A stretch of 64,000 nt of DNA, taken from NCBI RefSeq assembly GCF_036588685.1, contig NC_086384.1:41168001-41232000 (forward strand). The letters are read 5' to 3'. Positions 38,001 through 50,325 of this stretch are shown piece by piece. How positions within the stretch are numbered: the stretch's first letter is position 1; every line of letters begins with the position of its first letter. The translations under genes and the position numbers were made by a program. The notes beneath the pieces were generated by a model. It saw nothing but the letters and a program-made list of their open reading frames with translations, had not been told where the DNA came from and made no database searches. Source of the DNA: Mytilus trossulus. Its lineage: Eukaryota.

Positions 38001-40864
38001 TTCATATTTACCACGACAACACATCCGCGACATTGCGGGTTCATGACTGAATTAAAAAACCTATTCATAATTTTAAGCATTATTTTTTAGTATTCGTAAT
38101 TTCCATCTAATTGAGTCATGCTAATAAAATAAGGTGCTCAGGATTCTCTGCTTAAAACACCTTTCTGTTTTAACTCGGCCACGTACAACCAGAAACTTCA
38201 CGTGACAACGATTGCATTTACTATAGTGTTTATCCCTATGTAATCACGTGTGTGATAATGACCCTTGCATATAGCAAATCCCAAATACAGCGTGTAAAGG
38301 GGCGCCTGACAGGATCGGATCGTAACAGGTTACAGGTAGCCGGTAGCAATTGATATATACTATTGGTGTTGATATCGGATTACACCCGGAACTTATTACT
38401 ATTTGGTAATATTATTTATGTGGAAGGCAAAAGGTATAATTTTGAATCAACATTATGTCATATATTAGTAATATTTATATACCTATATGGCGTTATTTTC
38501 TTTCAGAACGATAGAAATAGCATAACAAAACGAGAAAAACACATACCCCCTCCCCCTTTTCCATAAGCTAAGTGATACAATAAATAACTTACAATGTGTC
38601 TTGTATTTGTCATACACCGTTATCGGATGGTAACAATACATTTGTGTCTTACTTCATGCAGTTACAGTAATATTTTATTGTGTATGGATAACAATTTTTA
38701 AAAGGTTTATATCTAAATTATTTAGTGAGTTTTATTTCACATTTTAAATGAGCCGCAGGGCGTATCAAAACCTGAACGCATTAGAAAGAAATATCCCACT
38801 TTAGTGCATTGTCGGTAAAAAAGGGAACTAAATTTTACAAATCTTTATAAAATTAATATTTTTTTACGGTATATAAGTCAGATAATGCATATTTTAAGGT
38901 TTTTCTTGTCGTAGAACACACCTCGGGGTGTCAGGATTGTTCAAAGAAAGACCTCCCTCCGGTCGGTCTTTCATTTGATCAATCCTGACACCCCTCGGTG
39001 TGTTCTGCGACAAGAAAAACCTTAAAATATGCATTATCTATAACATAAAGTTGAATTCTTATTTTCGCCGTTTTTACGTCATGTCGGGTAACAAATTGAA
39101 CCTCGTTATTTTTGTAGAAAGTAAAATCACAAAAATACTGAACTCCGAGGAAAGAATAGATACGCAGCTGAATCAGCTGAACAATATATCATTTAGTCAC
39201 TTTCTGTCACAGTACTGTATTATTGCTCAGTAGCTTTTTAGACATGACATTACGATATTGATAGAACAGGTAAATAACAACCACTTAACAGTCTAAACAA
39301 AGGCTAGAAAGGACTGCAATCAAATTGTCTGAACAGTTCTTAACAAGTAAAATAACAAAAATACTGAATTTGGAAAAAATTCAAAACGAGAAGTTCCTAA
39401 GCAAATGGCAAAATCGTTATCTAAAACACATTAAACAAATGAATAAGAAATGTCTTATTCCGGACTTGGTACAGGCATTTTTATGTAGAAATGGTGGATT
39501 GCACCTAGTTTTAAAGCTAGCTTAACCTCTCACCTGTATGACAGTCACGTAATATTAAATTATATTGTCAACGATATGTAAACAAAACAAACAAACAAAA
39601 TACAAATGTAGTGAAAATATGGAAAATATAGGGGTAAAACAGTCAATACTATGTTATAATCTTAATCACTACATAAAATAGCAATCATGTCTAAAAAGAC
39701 ATTCAAAACGGCATATAGACAATGATCATAAGCAAAATAAAAAACAGAAGACAGGAATACTATAAGTTATCTTGGTGTAATCAGGGGTGTACAGAATTTT
39801 ACACTGTTGTTGAAAATTCATGCACTATGAGGCTTCAAAAGAGAAGTTTGAAAATTGGCTTAAACTTGAAATTACGTAAAAAGTTATCGTCAGTATAAAA
39901 AGAGCTGCAAAGATAAAGCTGATAGTTTCAGATCAAAATCTGTTAGCTTGCTATAAAGATAGTATTTGTCCACCATTTTCTACATAACAAAAATGCCATT
40001 TGCATGTCACTTATATAACTATTGTTTCCATTCATTCCGTGTTTTTGAGCTTATGATTTTGCCATTTAGTAAGGGAATTTTCCGTTTTAAATTTGCATAA
40101 GGCTTGAATATTTTTGTGATCTTTATCAGTTTTATCAGATTATTTTTTTGTTACATTATTTTTAGATGCAACATAAAGTTCATTTTGTTTTAATCTTAAA
40201 TACATTTGAAATCTTATTTATATAAGTAATTAAAGACCCTGTCAAATTCGATCAAAACACGTCTTGTATTTAACTGCATAGATATTTCCGACGAATGGTG
40301 CATGCTTTATAGAAGTGGAAAACTCTATCTTTATTGTTAAAAAATATGCATTCGAAGCGAGGATTTCATGCAGTTCTGATTGTTTTCACTACATGCAACA
40401 TGTCTGTCTGTTGATACCGGAAATTGATTATACTTACGATTAGCATGAACAGATCCGTACTTTAATAGAACGATACAAATGCATGTCAAAAAATAATTCA
40501 TTTTCCAAAGATTACTACTATTGAAAATAATTTACATAAAACTTTTGAATTATCCTCCGACTACAACAGGAGCGGATCGTAACAGGTTACAGGTAGCAGG
40601 TAGCATGTGGTATACACTATTGGTGTCGATATCGGATTCCACCCGGAACTTATGCAAATTCAAAATGCTTAATAGAAGTGGAAAACTCTATCGTTATTGT
40701 TAAAAATATGCATTCGCAACGAGTTTTTTCATGCAGTTCTGATTGTTTTCACTACATGTAACATGTTTGTCTGGTGATACCGGAAATTGATTATACTTAC
40801 GATTAGCATGAATAGATCCGTACTTTAATATAACGATACAAATGCATGTCAAAAAATAATTCAT
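29022..40864 (-). CDS. Lectin-like receptor paralogue B, ~477 aa as assembled (TM helix frameshifted). Exons 40864-40801 (or its duplicate 40501-40438), 37729-37543, 35755-35544, 34687-34507, 32760-32522, 31084-30905, 29392-29022
   Basis: All GT-AG with the same phases and mostly the same exon lengths as paralogue A (187, 212, 181, 180 nt). Leader MNYFLTCICIVILKYGSIHA-N. A 2-nt deletion near 29045 shifts the frame inside the TM helix. Confidence 0.8.
29618..30187. mobile_element. Non-autonomous DNA transposon with TIRs (right end clipped)
   Basis: GTCCGGTAAGACC...TTGGCC on the left versus GGCCAA...GGTCCTTACCGGAC on the right. Confidence 0.6.
30905..31084 (-). CDS. Sushi/CCP domain exon, paralogue B
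   Basis: 180 nt, phase 1-1; CQTP...GDTCHYTCDIG..L.SGN.TRTC...G.W....PVC. Confidence 0.9.
33752..34602. repeat. Tandem array of six 141-bp units, each containing the 3' half of a CTLD exon, its splice donor and ~48 nt of intron
   Basis: Unit starts GGGTA at 33752, 33893, 34034, 34175, 34316, 34457; TGGGTA microhomology at the array ends. Confidence 0.95.
38880..39039. repeat. Near-perfect 160-bp palindrome (foldback element)
   Basis: ~75-bp arms AGATAATGCATATTTTAAGGTTTTTCTTGTCG... with few mismatches and an ~11-nt loop. Confidence 0.9.
39346..39760 (+). repeat. Interspersed repeat family 'AAAATACTGAA...ACTTGGTACAGGCATTT'; other copies at ~775-910, 1090-1220, 2460-2670, 16020-16180, 34745-35160, 45700-45795
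   Basis: Multiple similar copies in both orientations. Confidence 0.75.
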
Positions 40865-40931
40865 TTTCCAAAGATTTCTTCTATTGAAAATAATTTACAT
40901 AAAACTTTTGGATTATCCTCCGACCACAACA
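40302..40931. repeat. Direct duplication (period 363 bp, ~265 bp aligned) containing two intact copies of the paralogue B signal-peptide exon
   Basis: 40302-40568 matches 40665-40931; each has acceptor, ATG, 21 codons and C|gtaagt. Confidence 0.9.
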
Positions 40932-41173
40932 TCAAATTAATCAAGTTTACATGACAATATTATATCAGAATGAAATTAAATGAGTAATATGCTTCAATAG
41001 TTTAAACAATCAGTATAAGTCGATCATAACGTGAATTTGCGAATGATTAGTATATTTGAAATGATGGAGTAAATCTACTGTCACTAACCGATTGATAAAT
41101 CTGAAACAAATATTTACTGGATATATATCTTCACAATATATTGTTCTATGCATAGTAAAGTATGTTAACCAAC

Positions 41174-41329
41174 CTTTTACTATTAAAATTTTCAGGAAAT
41201 AGTTATCGATCTAGTTTAATGTTTATATTGATAAGTTCAAAATTCTAGTTAATTTGTTGAAAAAGACAAAAGGTTTAATTGTATGTCTGTCAAATTATTG
41301 ACCCTTAAACATTTATGTAACACAAATAT
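41174..41329 (-). other. Probable non-coding 5'UTR exon of paralogue B
   Basis: Same acceptor/donor context as 25980-26134 and the same position upstream of the signal-peptide exon. Confidence 0.5.
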
Positions 41330-43344
41330 CTATAGAAATCTCGGTTCATTTGTTTTATTCTGTTTGTTGTGTACAAATAAAATTCTCAACACTTTTCATG
41401 TTATTTAGTTAGATTTTTATCAGATTTGACTTATATATGACCGCAGGAGAACCTTGACCTTTATGTTGTTGACGAGCTTATTTTCACATACAATATGCGT
41501 GAGTTTATATTCATTTTAAGTATCAATCTATATAAAAATCAGCCAATTTTCTCTATGTTGTTGTCAAAACAATATATAATATGAACGAAGCAATTTGAAT
41601 AATAATAGTATGTAGCAAATTTGTCGTAAGGTTTTCAGTACTTCGATTGGCGGATAGTTATTGCGATATGTTTTAAGATATAAATTTATGTTTTGATAAA
41701 TTGTAACTTTCGTGACTGCATCGTAATAATATGTCGTATGAATGTGTTAACCAAGTCAAATGAAAAACTGTTATTATATCAATTTACTGATTCCTTTGTA
41801 GTTTTAAATGATAATTTAACAAACGTCGCAAGAGAAAACTTGTTAATCATGCGCGCCTTTATGACGTCATTTACCAGAAAGAAGGGATCGCCTGTATCCC
41901 TTCCCTATAAATTTAACGTTCTTCAAACGTCTTAGTAATTGTCATAATCACAATTCCCTAATAATGACAATGCTAAAAGATAATTATGAACATTCAATTT
42001 GGCGAATAATTCGTGCAATATAGCTTTAAAGTTTTCAAACCAATCACTCAACATTAGATCAGAAGTGACGACGTCCCTAAACGCACGAATGATGTTCACT
42101 AAAACCAAAGCTTTTACGGAAATGCATTGAACTCGAAAGTTTTCTATTATTATGTGTATCAACATTTTGTATACAATGAGGAAGCATTTACGTGAAGCAT
42201 TAGATGAAAGGTAAAATCGCAACAATACTGAATTCCGAGGAAAATTCAAAAAGATCAGACCCGAATATAAAAGATTCGGGACAATAAATGACGTATAAAA
42301 AATACAAAAACATATATAACTAAATACCATATCAATTTTAAAATCCACCTTATATGCATGTTCATATACTCAATCATAATATTTATGTGATCTTTATCAT
42401 GTAATAATTCCTCGATGAAAAAAATGCGATGGAAGATCAAATTAACAACAAAACTAGGCCGGGTTCAGGCATAAGTCATTAACTTTAAATACATTTATAC
42501 TAGACTTCCTATCAACCTATATTCTAAAATAAAGTAAAAAAAACGGATTGGCATAACTATTTATGACTACTATATATGTATAACCTTCATCAATAAGTCT
42601 ATAGAATCGAAAAAGATTTGAAGTTCTGGTGGACAGCTGTCTCATTGCTATCATACCACCTCTTTTTGATTTTTTTAAATTTAATTTGAAGAACTATATA
42701 GGATTTCAATAAAAAACATTGCACTAGTATAATTTTCTTTTACATGAGGTTATATCATATTAAGAAATCATAAAAAAAAAAAGGATACCAGGCTGACAAT
42801 TGTGTATACCAGTCTCACTTTTCGCAAAATACAGCTTAAACTATCTATGCCCTGGAGCAGAAGAGTCTTATGGTTTCATATAATATCCCATGTTATAACC
42901 AGTACAGATCATGCACATATTAATAATATTGCATGTGAACTCAAAGGTATTGGCAGCTGGTGAATTCAAGGATTCATAACAAATATGGTACACCAAGTTG
43001 TGTTTCATCTACAAACAAAAGATTCATCAGTGATGTACGAACAGTGGGAAGGTAAAATAAAATACAATAATTAAGAAAACTCATGGTATCAGAAAAACAG
43101 CTACATAAAGCAATGCTCATTATTTTTAATTAGTTACTAATAAACAAGTTCGACGATAAGAAGTTTACTTCAGCTGTTAGACACAATATAATGCAAAAAT
43201 ACTTTCGTTGTTATCTATATATATACGCTACTTTGTATTATTGACACAGCATAGTAGTTAAGCTCTAAATTAAACTGATAATATACTGAACTGGGTTTAT
43301 GTTTATAATGGCTTCATGAAAGCAATTAGTTTAAACAATTGTTA

Positions 43345-43637
43345 ATAAGAAATAATTTAATTTTTGATGTAACGCGTCTTCTGATTGGCTGGCGTTATTT
43401 TGTTATCAGCCCATAGACATAATTTAGTCATGTGACCATGACGTCATCAACGTTTTTTCATGGTTTTCAACGGTTAAAAATTGAATTTAGAATTAAATTA
43501 AAAGAAAAGACTGTCATATTTTTTCTGTCTATTCGAAATAACATAAAAAATGTGTTGCACACTGTTAAATAATCCGCTTCGCGCGTAATCCAGTGTGCAC
43601 CAATTTTTTTTATGTTATTTCTTCATAGACAGAAAAA
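43345..43637. mobile_element. Short element with a palindromic 3' half; degenerate relative at ~7170-7400
   Basis: ATATTTTTTCTGTCTAT...GCACACTG / CAGTGTGC...ATAGACAGAAAAAATAT. Confidence 0.6.
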
Positions 43638-43800
43638 ATATTACGATCATTCCTTAAATAAAAATAAGCCGTTTACATGGCAATTATTAATGAGCAGTCT
43701 GGTCATTAAAACATAGGTGTGTTTTTATTTTATTATAAAGGAATAGTATGTGTATATATAATTGCATACTCATCAAAATAAAACAATGGTAAGTATAAAA

Positions 43801-44080
43801 AAAGAAGATGTGGTATGATTGCCAATGAGACAACTCTCCACAAGAGACCAAAATGACACAGAATTTTACAACTATATGTCACCGTACGGCCTTCAACAAT
43901 GAGCAAAGCCCCATACCGCATAGTCAGCCATAAAAGGCCCCGAAATGACAATGTAAACGAAAAAACTGCCTTATTTATATAAAAAAAAGGGGAAAACACA
44001 TAAAAAAACAACAACCACTGATTAACAGGTTCCTGACTTGGAACAGGCACATACATATATAATGTGGCGGAGTTATTCAA
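43801..44080 (+). repeat. Interspersed repeat family 'AAGATGTGGTATGATTGCCAATGAGACAACTCTCC'; other copies at ~3600/4467-4720, 8445-8560, 12000-12260, 18620-18860, 21128-21250, 45840-46040, 60560-60620
   Basis: Multiple similar copies in the window. Confidence 0.8.
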
Positions 44081-47000
44081 TTCTAAAGGGATGATATAAT
44101 TATATACGTTTATATGCTGATAAATTCCTCAAGATTACAGGAAATAAATTGTATGCTCAGACGCGCGTTCGTCTTAAATGGTTCACCAGTGACGCTCGAA
44201 ATAAAAAAGTGAAAGATGCCAACTAAAGTACGAAGTTGAAGATAGCTGAGAAGCAAACCCTGCAGAGAAATGAGAATTTGCATGCAACTCTGTAGTTAGA
44301 AGTGACAGAACATCTACACGTCTATTGAAAAGAGGATTGCGTATGCCGATGATGAAGATGGACCAGTTTACACATTGTTATCTCGCGCCCTCCTCCTAAG
44401 TTCTCGGTTGCCCAAGGGTTCGCAGTTCATAACTTATAATGGATTGTGGATTATAATTATTATGTTCTACTTTTATCTATCAAATTATGATTTTCAATTT
44501 TTCAATGATGTCTTCTATCCCAAGTTTTGGGCTACATTGATTGCTATCTGTCGTTTTGAGTGATTGAAATATCGAACATAAAAAATACTTTTCACCTCAT
44601 GACAGTGAGTAATAATAATAGACTAACTTCCGTGCAAGGCAAAATATCAACAAGCACTATCGTTTGAATTGAAATGATTTATTGTTATAAAAATAACTTG
44701 ATATAATTTCATCGAAATTCAAAAAACAAAATGCTAGCATAAAATCTTTAGATAGGTATATAGATTCTACCATTGCATCGAGGATTCTTCATTCAAAATC
44801 TACATTTATCTTCGTAAAGCTTGGCGTTTTCAGCCTAAAATTTTAACTGTGGAGATTAGAAAAATCTTATTGCACGAGATTCAGTGAAATAATCTTTATT
44901 TATCAAAAGTCTCCTCAGCATAGACATGACTGCATTTCTTTACGAATTTCGATGAAAATAGATAGACAAATTACGAATGGGAGAATTATATAAATCAATA
45001 AATTACAGAATTTGACAAATATTTTGATACTTTGTTTCTCTTTTGAAATTGAGATGCAAATTAGGCCTATGTTCGATGTATCATATTTCGACCTGTCATT
45101 TGTCGTTAAGCAAATAAACAAGCAATCAATGAAAATATGTCAACATCCTGACTATTCTACTTTTTTGAAATTTGATAGTTGTCTTTGTCTGACATTTATT
45201 GTTCTTATTGTTTCACGTCCTTTTAAAAGTGTTAATACGGTTTTTACATAAGTGTTGAATAAACAAATTATCGTTTTGTTTGCTTGTCAAATGACAATGT
45301 TAATGCTAGAATTATTTAACAAATATTATATATAAGTTCAATTAATGGAAAATAGTTTGAAAAACACTGATAATTATACTTTGATTTATTTATGATTAAA
45401 AAATGATACTATACATAATTTAGCATTTTCATAGTATTGGAAATATGATGACAAAATTCAAGATATTTAGACCATCATATTGCAAAGTTGTTATTATATT
45501 GAAGCAATATCGTATATAAGTTCAATAAATACAAAATACATGTATTGGTTTTCTGCTGAATATTTGTGAACTGTTCATGTTTATTTTCTCTTTTGGTTAC
45601 TGTGGTAACGTTGTTTATCATTTTTCGACTTTCGCTTTTAATTATATGGCCTTGCATGGAACGAAAGGAATTACTTAAAACTTCATAAAGTCTTCAAAAA
45701 TTCAAAGCAGAAAGTCAATAATCAAATGGCAAAATCAAAAACTCAAACACATCAAACGAATAGATAACAACTGTCATACTCCTGACTTGGTACAACGCGG
45801 AACTTCGAATCACAAACTTTGAATATATTTAAGGATTAGTAGATGTGGCCTGATTGGCAGGAGTTCAAATGAAGTGGACATTAATAATTATAGGTACCCG
45901 TAGGGCCTTCAGCAATGAAATAATCATACTTACAGTCGTCTGTAAATGGTCCCGACATAAAAAATGTAAAAGGAATTAAGACTAGAAAAAAACCGACCTA
46001 ATTTATAACAAAACAAACGACACGAACTAACGACAACCACTGCCTGCATGAACTTCTCTATAGATCAGAGCATCAGTAAACATACCTTGAATTATACTTT
46101 AAAGCAGAACTTCAATTTGACAGTTTTTGGGTACAATCCTCTTGGTCGTGATTTATGTTTGCAATTATTTCATAACAATATCAATATCAAAATCTCCGAT
46201 TGTCTAGCATTAAAAAATCCTGGTTGCCTAAAAAACGTTTTCCTCAATTTTGAACCGCACATTTCCTTTACTGTTTTGCACAGGAATGAAAAGTAGTCAA
46301 GCCGATACTTATTTAGTTTGTATATCAATCTAATTTAATTGAGATATTTTTAAGACGAAGGCATGGGAGCGAATAATAGACTGCTTTCTAGGTATTTTAC
46401 ATTTCAAAGAGAAATAAATCCTACAAAGTGTCGACCGTTTTCTTTTGCATTCTAATGTTACATATTATTCGACGTATTTTCTGACATAGGACAATTTCTA
46501 TCAGTAAGGAGCGTGAGTTTGCCTTGATTGTATTCTCTTTGATCTAATGTAACCTTAGGCTTGATTTCCACAACATTACCCAAGTGACAATTACTTTCGA
46601 CCTGAATACGACATTAATAGGGTTGTTGAAATCAGCATAACTATATAAAAAAGTAGTCCTGGTTTCACGAATCAAGTAGGAAATTTTTTATTAGCTGCTT
46701 TATTCAAACTATGCACTTTTAATCTAATATTAGTTTCCTTTCATAGTCATCAAACATTGTTGACAAAAATTGAGACCATTTTATGGACTTTGATCCCTCG
46801 AACATTTGGCTGTTATAAAACGAAAGTATTATTGTTATGAATAACATATTCATTTTTACATGAGGTTGAGTCTTTTTTGAACGTTTTTTTAGCGTGTCAT
46901 TAAAATTGATAAGATAAGAAAGTGTTTCAAAAAGACGGCATCCGTGCATTTTGTATTTCCAAGGATGTCCCACGGGGCCTATCATTACATGCAGTGCTGG

Positions 47001-47208
47001 TCTTCCAACTCGACTAAGATATTGATTATTTCAATTTTTCATAGATATGTTTTGGATCGGCAAGGCTGATAATTTCTGACTGATGATGGGTATTTTGATA
47101 TCATCTGCTCCTCATTTTTGGGAGAGGACGGGAATACTTATCAAGTAAATTTATGAGTTTATGATAAAAGGAAATGTTGTGAAGATTTCTCAGGCATGTA
47201 AAAAGATA

Positions 47209-47563
47209 CAAGAGGGACAGACAAACTCAAAATCGAAAATAAACTGACAACGCCATGGCTAAAAAAGAAAAATACAAATAGACAAACAATAGTACACCTG
47301 TCACAACATAGAAAACAAAAGAATAAGAAACACGAACCCCATTAAAAACTAGGTGTGATCTCAAGTGCTCCGGAAGGGTAAGCAGATCCTGCTCCACATG
47401 TAGCACTCGTCGTGTTGCTCATGTTATAAAATATCCGGTAAAAAGTCTTATTCGGTAGGTCCCATTCATGAAAAGGAAGGGGTTGTAGTTAGGACGTAAG
47501 AAACGTATCCGATATCATTTGTGAAACGGTTATTCCAAAACGGTCAACCAACTCGTGATGGCG
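47209..47563 (-). mobile_element. Second 3'-end fragment of the same retroelement; further pieces at ~25151-25375 and ~32221-32420 (opposite orientation)
   Basis: Shares AAACTGACAACGCCATGGCT ... GTGCTCCGGAAGGGTAAGCAGATCC with 3629-3980. Confidence 0.8.
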
Positions 47564-48460
47564 TAAAATAATCGATTGATATGATAGATTGATGCTTACT
47601 TAACGCCCAGTTATAATTGTCTCGATATATGCATAAATATGAAAAATACACTATTTATACAATAGGAAGATTCTGAAAGATGGGGCGAATGGGGCGAACG
47701 ATGGGAAATGTGTATGGTAAAAAAAAATAAGGGTGTGTAAGATAAGGGAAAACATTTTACATTGCATCAGGCCACATCAAGATCCCTCAGCAATTTTTAA
47801 AAGGTGTTTTATTTAGTTGTGTAGATAGTGAGGCTTTCTTTCATCCTTCTAAAGGCATCGGATTTGTCATTCCTGTCCCGACCGGTTCCGGGTGATGACT
47901 GCGAGTTTATACATTTTAAGTTAGGTTTTTAATGACAGTGTTAGTCCGAAAAGGAAAATGAAAATGTGTACTATACTATAAATTATGTATTATTTGTTTT
48001 ATGTCTTGAAATCTTGAATATAAATTCATAATATTTGGCGTCATACTAAAATGTTCATGAACTAAATAAGATGCTGGCCAAATAAACATATTGAACAAGA
48101 ATCGTTAAAACATTTTATACTATTTAGTAGATTCGAAATAAATATAGTGTGAGCCCTTGTTAATTATCGGCTTGTGTGCACTAAACCAGGGATACTCATT
48201 TTGTGCAATTTGGCAATTAACTTGAACCTACTGTTTTTTCATGGCTCTATAACTCGCAAAAACACTTATTTTTAGAAAAAAACGCATTTACTTTAATTCT
48301 TACAAATAAACAAGGAAACTTAAAAAAAAAAAAAAGATTTTATGACTATTAATGTCCCATATCACATCTTCTCTCTTGAATCAACAGTTGGGTGTAATAA
48401 TAAAAACCACATGAATACATTTCACAGTCTTGTGCATGTTATGAAAAATATAAATACATC

Positions 48461-49367
48461 CTACGCATCTATAAAATTCATAACTGGTTTGTTCGACTTT
48501 CTGCTTTTGCAAGGTATATACGATTTCACAATATTCCTGCACTCTTCAAATCTGAATATGTATATGAAGGGATTTACTATATGCTGCATAAATGCCAGGA
48601 TTTTTATCGGATATGCCAGCAGATGTTTGGTCTGTATATAAACATCGTCATCTATAATCTTAATCACTGTTAAAACAAAACCAGGAAAAGTGCAAAACAC
48701 CATGAGAGAACATACTATTAGAATTGAAATTGTCTTTCCATAATGTTGCTTAAAGAATTTCCTCTTCCTCGGATAGAAGTTAAAAGCCATTTTTTTTAAT
48801 TTGGCTTTGTCCATATCGATATAATAAAACGGAAGAAGATGTCAAGCTCACGGCCATTATAAGGCAAACAATACAGGAAAAGACATCCGAAATATCTTCT
48901 AAAATCATGTGATAATGTTCCTGATACAGCGACGCAATAGCTAACACCAGATGACAAACTGTAAATATCCATATACTATAGCAAACATGTTTTACTTTTT
49001 CGTCTGTGATGTTCATAAGATAGGCATTTGGAAATGCGACGGAAATTAATCGCTCTATCGCTAAAGTTGTCGTAAATAGGTATGAAGCTGTCGTTATAGT
49101 ACGCGATATTGTTATTATCCAAATTACAGGAATATAGACACAGAAGCAATTTATTATCCCTGGTAAAAAGATAACGATACCAAGCAAGCCATCTGACAAA
49201 GCGATGTGGCTTATACACGTTTTTATTTGTGACACAAGTTTTTTGGCTTTAGCTAATATAAATAAAGCAAAGCAATTTATACAAAGTGAAATTGAGCTTA
49301 ATGCTACAGCAAGAATTCTAATTTGTAATGATCCATAAGTAAACTGACATGTTTCATTGTTGTCCAT
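48461..49367 (-). CDS. Intronless rhodopsin-like (class A) 7TM GPCR, ~301 aa after correcting a 1-nt frameshift at an A8 run (48790-48797); possibly a pseudogene or an assembly error
   Basis: ORF 49367-48780 gives TM1-5 (IALSD in TM2, LAIERLISVAFP at the end of TM3); ORF 48814-48461 gives TM6-7 (CTFP, NPFIY). Removing one A joins them in frame. Confidence 0.8.
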
Positions 49368-49609
49368 TTCAGATAAAATGTACTGATTTTATATAATTCT
49401 ATTCTATTTATTTATACCATAATTATTCTGTCATTTTTTATTTATTTTTTACTCGTTTTGTTAAACTCTTTTTCATCATTTTGTTTATGTGTTTGTTAAC
49501 CATACATGTTGTCACTTGGTTTATGTAATCATACAAATTTATTGTCTTTAGTGTCATCAAATCCTTAATTAATATCCTATTCATCACCTGCATTCGATAT
49601 ATAGAGAAT

Positions 49610-50325
49610 AATACATGGCAAAATCCGTATCATATGTCGTATCATCCCGAGACATCAATATCAGCCCGAGGGCCTTTAGGCCCGAGGGATGATATTGGTC
49701 GAGGGTGATACGACATGTGATACGGATTTTGCCATGTATTATACGCTTTATCATATATTTCAACAGAAGAGTATTATAGTATATGAACTGTTTTCTGATC
49801 CATAGCACTGGGTTATCTTCAGTTCTGTTTTTGTCTTGTTTCAAAGTTTTAAAATAACTGCTCAATTATTTATACGAAGCACCTAGGTTACCTTACAATC
49901 TGTTGTTTTGAAAATATTTTGTTTATTATTGTATATATCTAAGTGTTTTGTATTTTTTATAGTTGCATTGAGTGTGCCAAAAAATATGTTGTAAAAACTT
50001 GATGTTCGTGACGTCACATACAATATGAAAACTTGATGTACGTGACGTTTCATACCAAACAATGACGTCATTCCAAAAAATTACCTATTTTAGTAAAAAA
50101 TTTCTTAAGCAAAAAAAAAACTAAAAAACTGACTTTAGTTAAAAAAAAAAAAAAAAAAAAAAAAGGTATGCGATACGGGTTTTACCATGCGATACGGGGT
50201 ATGCGATACGGGTTTAGCCATGCGATACGGGGTATGCGATACAGGGTAGGTGATACAGACTGGAAAAAAGAACCTTTATTAGATATACAAAATAGCTGTA
50301 TTTTGTACTAAATATATGATAAAAC
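49610..50325. mobile_element. Element with a long terminal palindrome (49610-49740), an internal inverted repeat and short tandem GCGATACGGG repeats
   Basis: AATACATGGCAAAATCCGTATCA... and its reverse complement; TTTATCATATATTT (~49747) versus AAATATATGATAAA (~50310). Confidence 0.6.

Noticed and set aside
41400-48400. Short ORFs of 60-140 aa (e.g. 41932..42348, 43733..44080)
   Set aside because: Low-complexity AT-rich translations or overlaps with interspersed repeats; no domain or splice support found.
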